In this document: positions 41,085 through 51,548 of the stretch, in pieces
Numbering within the stretch: the first letter of the stretch is position 1
Layout of the letters: every line of letters begins with the position of its first letter
NCBI GenBank assembly: GCA_043803945.1
Contig: JAZDJN010000016.1
Span: forward strand, 160,001 to 224,000
Direction: 5' to 3'
DNA: 64,000 bases
Source of the DNA: a bacterium
GTDB lineage: Bacteria; Bacteroidota; Ignavibacteria; UBA10030
Program-made: the position numbers and the translations under genes
The notes under the pieces: generated by a model
What the model was told of the DNA's origin: nothing
The model's input: only the letters and a program-made list of their open reading frames with translations
The model's database searches: none

Positions 41085-43838
41085 TTACTTACCCTTTGTT
41101 GGAGCAGCGGATTGAATCTTTGCCGATGAATCCTTCACGGATGCCTGGTCCATCAATCCTTTCAGCCGTGCCCGTTCAGGTGCGAGGACCTGTTCAATAT
41201 TTCGTTCAACCGGCATATATACGGTCTGGATCCGATCGAGTACGGCCAGCGCTTCTTTATACATATCGAGAGCTTCATAGGATCCAACGAGCATCTGATA
41301 CGAGTTTGGATAGTATTGATTGAACGGTTCTGCAACACCTTTATCGACAATCGGTTTTACTTCGGCGATAATCTCTCTCAGCATTTCCTTGTACTTCTCT
41401 TCATTCCCCGCTAACTTATAATTGACGGCGATGACCTGCTTGATATTCGGTTCCATTTTAATCACGTTGCGGGGCATCACCTGTTCCATCCGCTCCATCG
41501 TTTCGGATGCTTTTTTCATATCCTTGACCTGATAAATATAATGCTGCGAGAGCGCGATGAACGGTTGACGATAATTGATTGACAATAACCGCCTTGTGTC
41601 GTCATCAAAATACGTTGTGCTATCTCTGAGGCCTCTCCAACGGAATCCCGTTTGTGGTGTCAGAGAGGGCTGGTCGACATCTTTAAACAGATGGTCATGG
41701 ACTCTCGCCTCGTTCACAAAAGCACGGCCCCGCTTCGGCACCAGCCGGAATGCCAATCCTTCTAGTTGGAGGTATTCATCCAGGCCGATCTTTCCATCCT
41801 GTGTGATCGTCATGGCAAAGTATATTGGCCGGCGGAATTCGGAAGACTTCACAATATCAAAGACCAGGACATCCTGCACTCTCAGCAGTTTCACGCCTCT
41901 CATCTCCATGGTATTCGGCATGAAGAAGGTAACGGTATCGACGACATCGCTGCCGCTTGAACCCAGGACTGTTGTTGTTCCTTCCGGGCTGAAGATTTTC
42001 TTCACATCCTGCGGAACCGGGAACTTGAAGGTCTGCGGCGTGTAAGGAATGGCACCCTGTAATTGAGCGATGTTTGCATCACTGATCGAAATGGGGACTT
42101 TTGCTGCTCCGTACGGTTGCTGATGTTTTAGCTGCTTTATATACCAATCCGTATTGAGCAAGCTTAAATTCACAATACGAATGTCCCGCCGAACTCCTTC
42201 CACATCCTGCAAATACCAGAGTGGAAAAGTGTCGTTATCGCCATTGGTGAACAGGATGGCATCCTGCTCACAACTCTGGAGCAGGTTGTAGGAGTAATCC
42301 CACGCCACAAAATTACCTCTCCGGTCTGCCCTCTCAAAATTTGTTCGAGCCATGTTGACCGGCACAAACAGTAATGCGAGTCCAAGGACAAGATAGGTCG
42401 GTATTGATTCCTTGCCTGTACTTCCGAATTTCTCTTTGATCATTTCAATCAATGCGAGTACTCCCATACCGATCCACATGGAAAAGAGAAAGAAGGAACC
42501 CACATAGAAGTAGTCGCGTTCTCTGGGCTGCGGTTCTTGCATATTAAAGTAGAATACAAGAATCGCACCGAACAATAAAAATGCGGAGGTTGCGATGAAG
42601 GCCATCTTTGGATCTCTTCGCCAATGGTGATAGAGTCCGATGAATCCGAGGATTAACGGAATTGCGAACAGTTGATAAAAGTTCACTCCCGGCTCCCGTT
42701 CACTATCCATTCCGACAAAATTCCAGCCGAAATAGCGCAGGTACATTTTATTGAGCTGGTATTGCCAGAAATAGTCAAAATCGCTAGTATACTTGCTGTA
42801 ATTTCTTTGAATTTCAGGATCATAATCATTGTACCGCCGATTCATAAGCGGAGCTTGTCCATACTGTTCACGATTGAGGTAGGAAACTAGCCTTCCACTC
42901 GTGCTGGGATCGTTTTCATTCATTGGCGTTTGTGCATTTGCGCGCATAAAGACCATGATGTAGGTCGAATACCCGAGAACAATAAACAAAAATGACAATA
43001 AGGAAACATTCACAACGCGGTGTTTAGTCTTTGCCGATTGGTAGACGCCAATGATCGCTCCGAGAATAATCAAAATTGGTATCCAGATCACAAAGTCGCC
43101 GCGAAGTTGTCCTACCTGTCCGTCGAGCATCGATGGGAATTCTTTTACCACCAGCGGGTACACAGCACCAAATATCAGGAGGGCAACGATTCCAAATCGT
43201 ACAAACGATTGAATTGAAAATTCGTAACGCCGGAAATAGAACAAGAGCATAACAGGAAACAATGCGAGAATCGCCAGAAGATGCACACCGACCGAAAGTC
43301 CGGTAAGATAGGCAATGACAAGAAGGTAGACATCACTTCGTTCCCAGTCAGCCCGTTCATACCAGCGTAATGCCAGCCAGAGGATTACACTAACAAAGAG
43401 CATGCTCACACCATAGACCTCAGCTTCGACAGCATTGAACCAGAATGTCGGTGTAAACGTTAAGGAAAGCGCTCCAATAGCTGCCGACCCATAGACCGTG
43501 AGTTTATCGATGACCGTGGCCGGTTTTTCTCTCCACATGAGAATGAACTTAATCGAGATCAGGTAGAGAAACATAATCGATAATGCACTTGAGAGAGCCG
43601 AAATAAAATGCATTCGAACAGCAATATCGGAAACGAAGGGGATCATAGAACTCACACGTGCGATGAGCAGAAACAAGGGCGCTCCCGGCGGATGCGGTAC
43701 CTGGAGAGAAAATGCCGCGGCACAGAACTCACCAACATCCCAAAATACGACCGTCGGTGAAAGCGTTATCCAATACGTGAGTATGGTAATAGTAAAAACA
43801 GAGAGCGCTACAATTCGGTTTAGTTTCTTGTGATCCAT
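41085..43838 (-). CDS. DUF2723 (TMEM260-like) polytopic membrane glycosyltransferase
   Basis: PTV.FWD.GEF...L.VPHPPGAP, FWFNAVEAEVY, YLNREQYG, PRERDYFY.GS, FTNGDNDTFPLWY.Q.VEG.R.D, NLSLLNTDWY; about 11 hydrophobic segments. Confidence 0.88.
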   Translation of the reverse strand: MDHKKLNRIVALSVFTITILTYWITLSPTVVFWDVGEFCAAAFSLQVPHPPGAPLFLLIARVSSMIPFVSDIAVRMHFISALSSALSIMFLYLISIKFILMWREKPATVIDKLTVYGSAAIGALSLTFTPTFWFNAVEAEVYGVSMLFVSVILWLALRWYERADWERSDVYLLVIAYLTGLSVGVHLLAILALFPVMLLFYFRRYEFSIQSFVRFGIVALLIFGAVYPLVVKEFPSMLDGQVGQLRGDFVIWIPILIILGAIIGVYQSAKTKHRVVNVSLLSFLFIVLGYSTYIMVFMRANAQTPMNENDPSTSGRLVSYLNREQYGQAPLMNRRYNDYDPEIQRNYSKYTSDFDYFWQYQLNKMYLRYFGWNFVGMDSEREPGVNFYQLFAIPLILGFIGLYHHWRRDPKMAFIATSAFLLFGAILVFYFNMQEPQPRERDYFYVGSFFLFSMWIGMGVLALIEMIKEKFGSTGKESIPTYLVLGLALLFVPVNMARTNFERADRRGNFVAWDYSYNLLQSCEQDAILFTNGDNDTFPLWYLQDVEGVRRDIRIVNLSLLNTDWYIKQLKHQQPYGAAKVPISISDANIAQLQGAIPYTPQTFKFPVPQDVKKIFSPEGTTTVLGSSGSDVVDTVTFFMPNTMEMRGVKLLRVQDVLVFDIVKSSEFRRPIYFAMTITQDGKIGLDEYLQLEGLAFRLVPKRGRAFVNEARVHDHLFKDVDQPSLTPQTGFRWRGLRDSTTYFDDDTRRLLSINYRQPFIALSQHYIYQVKDMKKASETMERMEQVMPRNVIKMEPNIKQVIAVNYKLAGNEEKYKEMLREIIAEVKPIVDKGVAEPFNQYYPNSYQMLVGSYEALDMYKEALAVLDRIQTVYMPVERNIEQVLAPERARLKGLMDQASVKDSSAKIQSAAPTKGK

Positions 43839-43894
43839 TGAGACCTCGTTTAACCTTAACGTTTAGTATTTTTTGTAATTACTCAGTCAGTTCT

Positions 43895-44000
43895 CCACTG
43901 ATGACACACCGAGATACACGGACAATGATTTATTCTATATCTTCGGATAAGATTTCATATTACTTCCTTTTCTCAGTGATTATCAGTGTGCCATCAGTGG
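43895..44000. repeat. Imperfect ~30-bp inverted-repeat element (REP/MITE-like)
   Basis: Left arm CCACTGATGACACACCGAGATACAC versus reverse complement of right arm CCACTGATGGCACACTGATAATCAC, with an A/T-rich spacer. Confidence 0.65.
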
Positions 44001-44050
44001 TTAAAAAATAATGTATTACCTACTCAGCAGAGTAGTTACATTTTTGTCAT

Positions 44051-44079
44051 AATGTATTGCGAAATGCTCGGAACTTCAA
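44051..44079 (-). promoter_or_regulatory. Promoter TTGAAG-N17-TACATT for the DUF2723 operon
   Basis: Fits the recurring motif; lies upstream of the inverted-repeat element. Confidence 0.45.
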
Positions 44080-44097
44080 CAACTTCTTTCCTTTTTC

Positions 44098-45243
44098 TTA
44101 GACGATCGAAGCACAGATTTCATCACAGATCAGATAGCCCTTCGAAGTCAATCGAAACCGATCTGCTTCATAGACCGCAAACCCGTGAGTAACCAATTCC
44201 TGTATCTTTTGTTCCTGTTTTATTTTCTTTTCCTCAGCCACCCCTCCGAAGAGAGCCCGATCGACTCCTTCACTCCGAAGTCCCAGAAACAATTTTTCCT
44301 CAAGTATCTGATCATCATTCAGGACTTCCTCTCCTCCTACAGGGAGGAGATGTCCCTCTACCTGAGCACAGTACGACTGCAGATCGCTCACATTCCACCA
44401 TCGACGGCGGCCCCAGAATGAATGCGCCGATGGACCAAGGCCCAAATAGGATGTGTGATTCCAATAATTCAGATTATGGAGACATTGATATCCCTTCAGG
44501 GCAAAATTTGAGACTTCATATTGCTGAAAGCCATGAGAGCTCAGATGCTTCATAGTATATTCATACTGTTCTGCATCTTCCGAAGGATCGAGCATCGCAA
44601 CCTGATTTGCCTGAACCATCCTGAATAATGGGGTCTCGAGCTCAAGGATCAGACTATAGCAGGAGATGTGCTTTGGCTGCAATTCAACCGCCTGATCCAG
44701 ATTCGCTTTCCACCGATCGAGATTCTGGCCTGGGAGAGAAAAAATTAAATCGAGACTCACGTTTTCAAATCCTGAGTTGTAAGCATCCCGGATGCTCTGC
44801 ATCGCATCAGATGCTGAGTGAATGCGTGTGAGAAATCGTAGATCGTCATCATGAAACGATTGTACACCGAAGCTGATTCGGTTGAATCCTCCTGCGCGAA
44901 GTCTTTGCAGCGCCTCAGAGTTGACAGTCCCCGGATTAGCTTCAAGTGTAATCTCTGCACCTGGAGAAAGAGTAAATCGGGTCCTTATCATGTCGAGAAT
45001 CCTGATCAATTGGTCAGGCTGAAATAACGAGGGGGTTCCGCCTCCTAAAAAGAGCGTCTGATACTCCGTCGAAAATTTCGGATCACTTGATCGATGCTCA
45101 ATCTCCATTTCAAGTGCTGAGAGGAATCTTTCAATCAACGCGTGAGAACTATTCCCGAGGCTTACAGTGGAGAGTGAATAGAAATCACAATACACACATT
45201 TCTGAGCACAAAAAGGAATATGGATATAGAGGCTTGCCATCAC
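44098..45243 (-). CDS. hemW: Radical SAM heme chaperone HemW
   Basis: LYIHIPFC..KC.YCDF, GGGTPS, TLEANP, YEVSNF, HNLNYW. Confidence 0.93.
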   Translation of the reverse strand: MMASLYIHIPFCAQKCVYCDFYSLSTVSLGNSSHALIERFLSALEMEIEHRSSDPKFSTEYQTLFLGGGTPSLFQPDQLIRILDMIRTRFTLSPGAEITLEANPGTVNSEALQRLRAGGFNRISFGVQSFHDDDLRFLTRIHSASDAMQSIRDAYNSGFENVSLDLIFSLPGQNLDRWKANLDQAVELQPKHISCYSLILELETPLFRMVQANQVAMLDPSEDAEQYEYTMKHLSSHGFQQYEVSNFALKGYQCLHNLNYWNHTSYLGLGPSAHSFWGRRRWWNVSDLQSYCAQVEGHLLPVGGEEVLNDDQILEEKLFLGLRSEGVDRALFGGVAEEKKIKQEQKIQELVTHGFAVYEADRFRLTSKGYLICDEICASIV

Positions 45244-45251
45244 AGGGTCGA

Positions 45252-46193
45252 TTAGTGAATTACCGTACCTATTCTATTCCAACGAATGTTTGAGAACCGA
45301 TCCCAGATAGAATTGCCGGTGGCAAACGGATCCCACGACCAATAGACCACCAATGCTTCGCCGAGGAGATAATTATCAGGAATGAATCCCCAGAACCGGC
45401 TATCCAAGCTATTTCCACGATTATCACCAAGAGCGAAATAATAATCTTGATGAACGAGATACTTTAATGACTGGACACCATCAATCGAAATTCGCCCGTT
45501 GTGTTCACTCACCCGATGACCTTCTCGTTCAATAAACGGTTTCCAATGCTTGAAGTTAGATACTGTGAGTTCGATACTGTCTCCCCGTTTCGGGACAATG
45601 AGCGGCCCATAGTGTGCGTCGGTGTAATCGGCGCCATCGAGATAAAATGGATACGCTCTTGAGCTATGCCCCTCCCAGGCCGACGGCTTTGCAGTTCTGG
45701 GATTTATCAATTCCTTCCCGTTGATAAACACTCTCCCCTTGACCATTTCAATCGTATCACCGGGCAATCCGATACATCGCTTAATATAGTTTACCATCTC
45801 TGTATGCCTCTGTGTCGCTTCACCCGGATATTCAAACACTATAACATCTCCCCGCTGCACATTTCGAAACTTTGGAAATGACAGGGAGGGAATTGTCATA
45901 TTGGTGAGCGGGATGGTACGCGGTGTCCGAATGCCATACACTAACTTATTGACGAGCAGAAAATCACCTACAAGTAACGTATCCTCCATCGAGCCGGAGG
46001 GAATCCGAAATGCTTCGACTACAAAGAGCTTCAGAATAAATGCGACGCAAAGTGTAATGAGCAGTGTTTTGAGATACTCTTTAAGCCGTTTGAAGCGTTC
46101 TTGCTTCGTCGACGGGGGAGTCTGATGTTCCTGAGGTTGATCAGGCACAGTGACGGAATTCTCTTCGTGTTCCAGCACCTCAATCATCCACAC
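45252..46193 (-). CDS. lepB: Signal peptidase I (second copy)
   Basis: IPSGSMEDTL, YIKRCIGLPGD, GDNRGNSLDSRFWG. Confidence 0.95.
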   Translation of the reverse strand: MWMIEVLEHEENSVTVPDQPQEHQTPPSTKQERFKRLKEYLKTLLITLCVAFILKLFVVEAFRIPSGSMEDTLLVGDFLLVNKLVYGIRTPRTIPLTNMTIPSLSFPKFRNVQRGDVIVFEYPGEATQRHTEMVNYIKRCIGLPGDTIEMVKGRVFINGKELINPRTAKPSAWEGHSSRAYPFYLDGADYTDAHYGPLIVPKRGDSIELTVSNFKHWKPFIEREGHRVSEHNGRISIDGVQSLKYLVHQDYYFALGDNRGNSLDSRFWGFIPDNYLLGEALVVYWSWDPFATGNSIWDRFSNIRWNRIGTVIH

Positions 46194-47116
46194 TAATCTA
46201 TCAATGTCCCAATCCGACCAAGTCGAACTGAAGCCAACTTACCAAATATGTCGTACAACGGCAACGAGGTATCCCACGACCAATACACGATAAGTGGAGT
46301 GCCTACGAGATTGTCCTTTGGAATAAATCCCCAATACCTGCTATCCAAGCTGTTGTCTCGATGATCGCCCATGCCGAAGAGATAATCCTGCTGGACGGTA
46401 TATTCTGTCACGGCCTGATTGTCGATCTCTACGTTGCCATTGTTCAGGCGAATGGAATGCCCTTCTCGTTTAATGAAGGTGTCCCATACCTCAAAGTGTT
46501 CTGCCGAGAGTACAACTTTCATCCCCTTAAAGGGAACGACGAGTGGACCGAAGTGGTCTTCATTGAAGGGAGCGCCTTTTGGAAAAATCCGTTCATCACG
46601 AAATGTTTCAGGGAGCGGCATGTGGGAATCGAATTTGATGTTGCGGGGAATTGTGAATTGTGTACCATTCACAAACAAGACCCGGTTCACCACCTTGATT
46701 GTATCGCCCGGTAATCCCACACAACGTTTGAGATAGAACATAAAATCTTCAGAGGTGATATCATCGCGGTTGCCGGGCCACACAAAGACAATCACATCTT
46801 TGCGTTCGACATCTCTGAATTTCGGGACACGGAACCATGGGAGCCGAACATTGGTGAACGGGATATTTCGAGGGGAAGTACCGCCATAAATAAACTTGTT
46901 CACAAAAAGAAAGTCACCGGTCATGACCTCATTTTCCATTGAGCCGGTTGGTACAAGAAATGAAGCAATGACAAAGTTATTCAGGACCAGAAACGCCCCC
47001 AGCACAATGCCAACCTCTTTAAGCCCTGCAATAATTTTTTCTTTCCAGGTTTGAGGGGAAGTACCTTCCTTCTCTTTCGATTCCTTTTTTTCTTTAGAAG
47101 TCTTTTTCTTTTCCAC
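46193..47116 (-). CDS. lepB: Signal peptidase I (first copy)
   Basis: VPTGSME, YLKRCVGLPGD, GDHRDNSLDSRYWG. Confidence 0.95.
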   Translation of the reverse strand: MEKKKTSKEKKESKEKEGTSPQTWKEKIIAGLKEVGIVLGAFLVLNNFVIASFLVPTGSMENEVMTGDFLFVNKFIYGGTSPRNIPFTNVRLPWFRVPKFRDVERKDVIVFVWPGNRDDITSEDFMFYLKRCVGLPGDTIKVVNRVLFVNGTQFTIPRNIKFDSHMPLPETFRDERIFPKGAPFNEDHFGPLVVPFKGMKVVLSAEHFEVWDTFIKREGHSIRLNNGNVEIDNQAVTEYTVQQDYLFGMGDHRDNSLDSRYWGFIPKDNLVGTPLIVYWSWDTSLPLYDIFGKLASVRLGRIGTLID

Positions 47117-47231
47117 AAGTCCTCACATCTTCAGTGAATAATAGTTCATACAGTTTGCACGGGTCAGCCATCTCGGCATCACGATTTGATTCTGAAATTT
47201 CCTGTTACACCGATACCGATCATCCTAAAGT

Positions 47232-49031
47232 CTACTCTTCCATCGAGAGCACGGCAAGGAACGCTTCCTGAGGAATTTCCACCTTGCCCACCTGTTTCAT
47301 CCGTTTCTTTCCTTCCTTTTGCCTCTCGATCAGCTTTCTCTTTCGGGTGATATCTCCGCCATAACATTTTGCCAGAACATTTTTTCTCATAGCACTCAGG
47401 CTTGTCCGGGCAATCACCTTACTGCCAATTGCAGCTTGAATCGCAACATCGAACATCTGGCGGGGAATAAGTTCTTTCAATTTCGAGCACATTTTCCTTC
47501 CCCATTCGTACGATTTCAAACGATGAACAATTGTCGACAGAGCGTCTACCGGCTCACCATTCAAAAGGATATCGAGTTTGACAAGGTCCGATTCCCGATA
47601 ATCCAGGAGGTCATAATCGAATGAAGCATAACCCCTCGAAATCGATTTTAGCTTATCGTAGAAATCGAATATAATTTCTGCCAGTGGCAGTTCGTAATGA
47701 ATATCTGCCCGTTCCGGCGTGATGTAGGTGGTGTTGCGGTGGACTCCTCGCCGTTCCATACAGAGTTTCATGATTGAGCCGATGTATTCTGTTGGTGCAA
47801 TGATTTGTGCACGGATATAGGGTTCTTCAACTTTCTCAATTTTAACCGCAACAGGCATGAAGGCAGGGTTATCGACCACCATCATTTCCTTGTCCGTCTT
47901 CCACACTCGATACTCTACATTCGGAACTGTGTTGATCAATGCCTGATTGTATTCGCGTTCCAAACGCTCACGAATAATTTCCATGTGCAATAATCCAAGA
48001 AATCCACAACGGAATCCAAAACCGAGTGCCACAGAACTTTCCGGCTCAAAAATGAGTGAGGCATCGTTCAATTTCAACCGTTCAAGAGCATCGCGAAGTT
48101 CACCAAAATCGTCGCTGTCCGATGGGTACATCCCGCTGAAGACCATCGGCTTCACTTCCTTATAACCCGGAAGCGGCGCATGTGCGGGATTAGTGACCGA
48201 CATAATAGTGTCGCCAACCTTGGTGTCGTGAACATCCCTCACATTTGCGATAACATAGCCCACATCTCCGGCTGAAAGTTCTCCTATTCGCTTCCGCTGC
48301 ATTTCCAGTATTCCGATATCTTCAGCCTGAAATTCTTTTCCATTCGAAAAGAAACGGATCTTGTCTTTTTCCCGTATGACTCCATCGAACACTCTAACAT
48401 AGGCTACTGCACCCCGGTACTCATCGAAGATTGAATCGAAAATAAGCGCCCGCAGTGGAGCACCGGGATCACCTTTCGGTGCCGGAATGCGATGAACGAT
48501 GGCTTCCAATATCTCATCAGTCCCAAGCCCAGCCTTTGCACTTCCATAGAGTATTTCTTCTTCTTTGCATCCAACAAGATCGGTTACCTGACGTTTTACG
48601 GTGTCGATCATTGTATTTGCACTGGGCAAATCGATTTTATTGATAAACGGAATAATCTCCAGACCAGCATCGATCGCAAGATAGAGATTGGAGATTGTCT
48701 GAGCTTCCACGCCCTGTGTGGCATCGACCACCAGAATCGCACCTTCACAGGCAGCTAGAGAGCGAGAGACTTCATAGGTGAAGTCGACATGCCCTGGGGT
48801 GTCAATCAAATTGAGAGTGTATTCTTCGCCACCTTTCGAATGATAATTCATCTGGATTGCATGCAGCTTGATAGTGATACCACGCTCCTGCTCTAATTCC
48901 ATATCATCCAACACTTGCTTCGTCATATCTCTTGCAGCGATCGTCCCTGTTCTCTCGAGAAGACGGTCAGCTAGTGTTGACTTGCCATGATCAATGTGGG
49001 CTACTATGCAGAAATTGCGAATATTCTTCAT
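47232..49031 (-). CDS. lepA: Elongation factor 4
   Basis: [44 protein letters not shown]; start trimmed to ATG 49031. Confidence 0.98.
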   Translation of the reverse strand: MKNIRNFCIVAHIDHGKSTLADRLLERTGTIAARDMTKQVLDDMELEQERGITIKLHAIQMNYHSKGGEEYTLNLIDTPGHVDFTYEVSRSLAACEGAILVVDATQGVEAQTISNLYLAIDAGLEIIPFINKIDLPSANTMIDTVKRQVTDLVGCKEEEILYGSAKAGLGTDEILEAIVHRIPAPKGDPGAPLRALIFDSIFDEYRGAVAYVRVFDGVIREKDKIRFFSNGKEFQAEDIGILEMQRKRIGELSAGDVGYVIANVRDVHDTKVGDTIMSVTNPAHAPLPGYKEVKPMVFSGMYPSDSDDFGELRDALERLKLNDASLIFEPESSVALGFGFRCGFLGLLHMEIIRERLEREYNQALINTVPNVEYRVWKTDKEMMVVDNPAFMPVAVKIEKVEEPYIRAQIIAPTEYIGSIMKLCMERRGVHRNTTYITPERADIHYELPLAEIIFDFYDKLKSISRGYASFDYDLLDYRESDLVKLDILLNGEPVDALSTIVHRLKSYEWGRKMCSKLKELIPRQMFDVAIQAAIGSKVIARTSLSAMRKNVLAKCYGGDITRKRKLIERQKEGKKRMKQVGKVEIPQEAFLAVLSMEE

Positions 49032-49195
49032 TGAATCAGCAGCAACCAGCTTTCTTATCCATTCTGACGTTTTCGAAGGTTCAATGGTTCCGTTCTTTTC
49101 ATGGAAACGCGATAGATCTATTCCCATGAAAAAAACAAAGAGTAAAGAGTGGTAAGTGCAACAATTGATCACCCTTTACCCCTTCAACCAGTAAA

Positions 49196-49224
49196 AATAT
49201 AGCTCAAAATGCGAAGAAGAGCAA
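49196..49224 (-). promoter_or_regulatory. lepA operon promoter TTGCTC-N17-TATATT
   Basis: Recurring motif with exact 17-bp spacer. Confidence 0.65.
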
Positions 49225-49448
49225 GAAATGAAAGCAGTGATTTCGCGACCCCCGGAAGATGATCGAACACCTTTCAGAAGTACAAGATGGAAGATTTTAA
49301 CCTGGTTGAATCAATCCGAAGTTATCCTTACCTATTATCAGTACAATTGTGTCGGGGAAGTCCTGGATATCTACCGAACGGAGAAACTTTCCTAGAGATA
49401 AACAGTATTCATTGAGCAAGCATTGGAGGAAATCTTTTCTAAAAAGAA

Positions 49449-50096
49449 TTAGCGGAGCGGCAATCGCAGTTTTAGCGCAACCGTACCACCGAGATCGGAT
49501 GAGACATCGAAGTTATAAAGACTCGCACCAACATAGGCATCGACGAGATTCAAAATGTAAGTAAGGGCAAGGTAGAGGGAAAAACGATCTCGTTCATCAT
49601 GATAGAAATCACGCTCAAAAAGATATTGTGGATTTCCTCGCTCATCCTTTTGGATTGACTCTGAATACTTCACCTTTGCAGATTGGTAGAGATCCTGGGC
49701 TCTTATAATCTGTGAGATGAAGTATCCGCCGAATCCGATAATGATCGGCACTTTCCAATATCGCTCCGTGTAAATCTGCCCGGCACCCGGTAAAATCGCT
49801 GAGAGTAAGAGCGCCTTTGTGCCCGATTTGTATGCAATGGCAACTCCTCCTGAGTCGATTTTTGTTGTATCGTAAACCGATATGGAGTACCGATTATCCT
49901 GAAGAGAGTAGGATGAAGGAGAAAGAAGAGAATTTTTATATTGGGCTGTGGATTGCACGGTGATAATACCGATAAGCAACAAGGCTGATGCGCAGCACTG
50001 AAAACATTTGCTCCATCGGCGAACCGAGCCATCCATGAGAGAGTTGTCAAACCACACACTCATCGAAACACCTTTCCCGGGGACTGGGATCATCAT
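49449..50096 (-). CDS. DUF5683-like membrane protein
   Basis: A.LLSAILPGAGQIY...YWKVP, Y.LNLVDAYV.A.L..FD; start uncertain. Confidence 0.75.
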   Translation of the reverse strand: MMIPVPGKGVSMSVWFDNSLMDGSVRRWSKCFQCCASALLLIGIITVQSTAQYKNSLLSPSSYSLQDNRYSISVYDTTKIDSGGVAIAYKSGTKALLLSAILPGAGQIYTERYWKVPIIIGFGGYFISQIIRAQDLYQSAKVKYSESIQKDERGNPQYLFERDFYHDERDRFSLYLALTYILNLVDAYVGASLYNFDVSSDLGGTVALKLRLPLR

Positions 50097-50100
50097 CGTG

Positions 50101-50490
50101 CTATTGTTCGAGAAGAGCTATAACCTCAATCTCAACCTTCGCATCTTTGGGCAAACGTGCAACCTCAATCGTGCTGCGTGCTGGCGCGGGTAAAGAAAAG
50201 TATTCAGCGTATACCTTATTCATCTCGCCAAATTCATTCATATCCTTGATGAAGACGGTCGTTTTAAATACCGATTTCATTGAACTCCCGGCGCTCTTCA
50301 AGAGTGCATCAATACTTCGCAATGTCTGATGCGTCTGTGTTCGGATGTCGCCATCGATAAATTGATTAGTAGCCGGATCGATCGAGATCTGTCCGGCTGT
50401 GTAAACAAATTTACCATCAACGACAACTGCGGCAGAGTATGGACCTATTGGTTTAGGGGCTTGCTCAGAGGTAATGGATTGAAAAGGCAT
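50101..50490 (-). CDS. RidA/YjgF family deaminase
   Basis: APKPIGPYS, F..MN.VY..YF...PARS, VEIE. Confidence 0.95.
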   Translation of the reverse strand: MPFQSITSEQAPKPIGPYSAAVVVDGKFVYTAGQISIDPATNQFIDGDIRTQTHQTLRSIDALLKSAGSSMKSVFKTTVFIKDMNEFGEMNKVYAEYFSLPAPARSTIEVARLPKDAKVEIEVIALLEQ

Positions 50491-50624
50491 TTCTTCTTCC
50501 AGAATTAATGATTGAGAGATATAAACTGTGAAGCACCATTGCGGCGTCAGTAAAATCTCGCATTTCTTTGAATGTAATTTTGACCCGCTGTCTCAAAAGG
50601 TATGAGCTATCATCGGGTGATGTG

Positions 50625-51548
50625 TTACTGCAATTTCTGCAGTTCAGCAAAGAGGTCGAGCAGTCGATCAAGATCGTCAAGGGAATAATATTCGATGACA
50701 ATTTCGCCTCTGCCTTCACTCTTGGAGCGTACCGAGACCTTGGTTCCCAAAGCTCGCCGGAGCTGTTCCTCAACAGTTTGAATACTCGAGGCTGGGACTG
50801 TTGAACCGCCTGATTTGGACGACCTGGGGGAAGATGTTTTTCCTCCGGCCTTCACCATCTGTTCTACTTTTCTGACAGAATATCCCGCATCGACGATTTT
50901 ACGATACAGTTTTAATTGTGTTTGCTCCGATGGCATCGTGATGAGAGCGCGTGCATGTCCCATCGAAATCAGATTCTTCTTGATCCCAAGTTGAATTTCG
51001 TGCGGGAGCTTGAGCAGGCGGATGAAATTTGTGACGGTTGTTCGATCTTTACCAACCTTATCGGCAATTTCTTCCTGTGTCAGGTTACATTCGTCGACAA
51101 GGCGCTTGTATCCATGCGCAATTTCTATTGGATTCAGAGTTTCGCGCTGGATATTCTCAATGAGAGCCAGCTCGAGCATCTCTTCATCTGTTTCAACTGA
51201 AATGATATAAGCGGGGATATGAATTAAGCCGGCGCTTTGGGCTGCCCGCAATCGCCGTTCACCGGTCACGAGTTGATAACCATCTCCAATCCGTCGGATT
51301 GTGATCGGTTGAATGACGCCCTTCTCGATAATCGATTTTGTTAAATCCTGTAACGCCTCCGCATCAAATTCAGTGCGGGGCTGGAAGGGATTCGGCTGGA
51401 TACTCTCCAACTCTACTCGTGCGATGACGCCGGTTCCCCCGATATCCATGCTAAGTTCATCACCACGAATGCTCACTTCTTTCGAAGGAGTTTTTGGAAT
51501 GAGAGCGCTGAGACCTCGTCCTAGTACGGACTTTTTTTGGATAGACAT
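50625..51548 (-). CDS. parB: Chromosome partitioning protein ParB
   Basis: LGRGLSALI, PNPFQPR, GERRLRA, ALIENIQRE.LN. Confidence 0.97.
   Translation of the reverse strand: MSIQKKSVLGRGLSALIPKTPSKEVSIRGDELSMDIGGTGVIARVELESIQPNPFQPRTEFDAEALQDLTKSIIEKGVIQPITIRRIGDGYQLVTGERRLRAAQSAGLIHIPAYIISVETDEEMLELALIENIQRETLNPIEIAHGYKRLVDECNLTQEEIADKVGKDRTTVTNFIRLLKLPHEIQLGIKKNLISMGHARALITMPSEQTQLKLYRKIVDAGYSVRKVEQMVKAGGKTSSPRSSKSGGSTVPASSIQTVEEQLRRALGTKVSVRSKSEGRGEIVIEYYSLDDLDRLLDLFAELQKLQ

Noticed and set aside
49032-49172. N-terminal extension of LepA in the ORF track
   Set aside because: Homology starts at MKNIRNF; the upstream part is leader downstream of the predicted promoter
49228-49395. 55-aa ORF in the lepA/DUF5683 intergenic gap
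   Set aside because: No RBS, motif or supporting context
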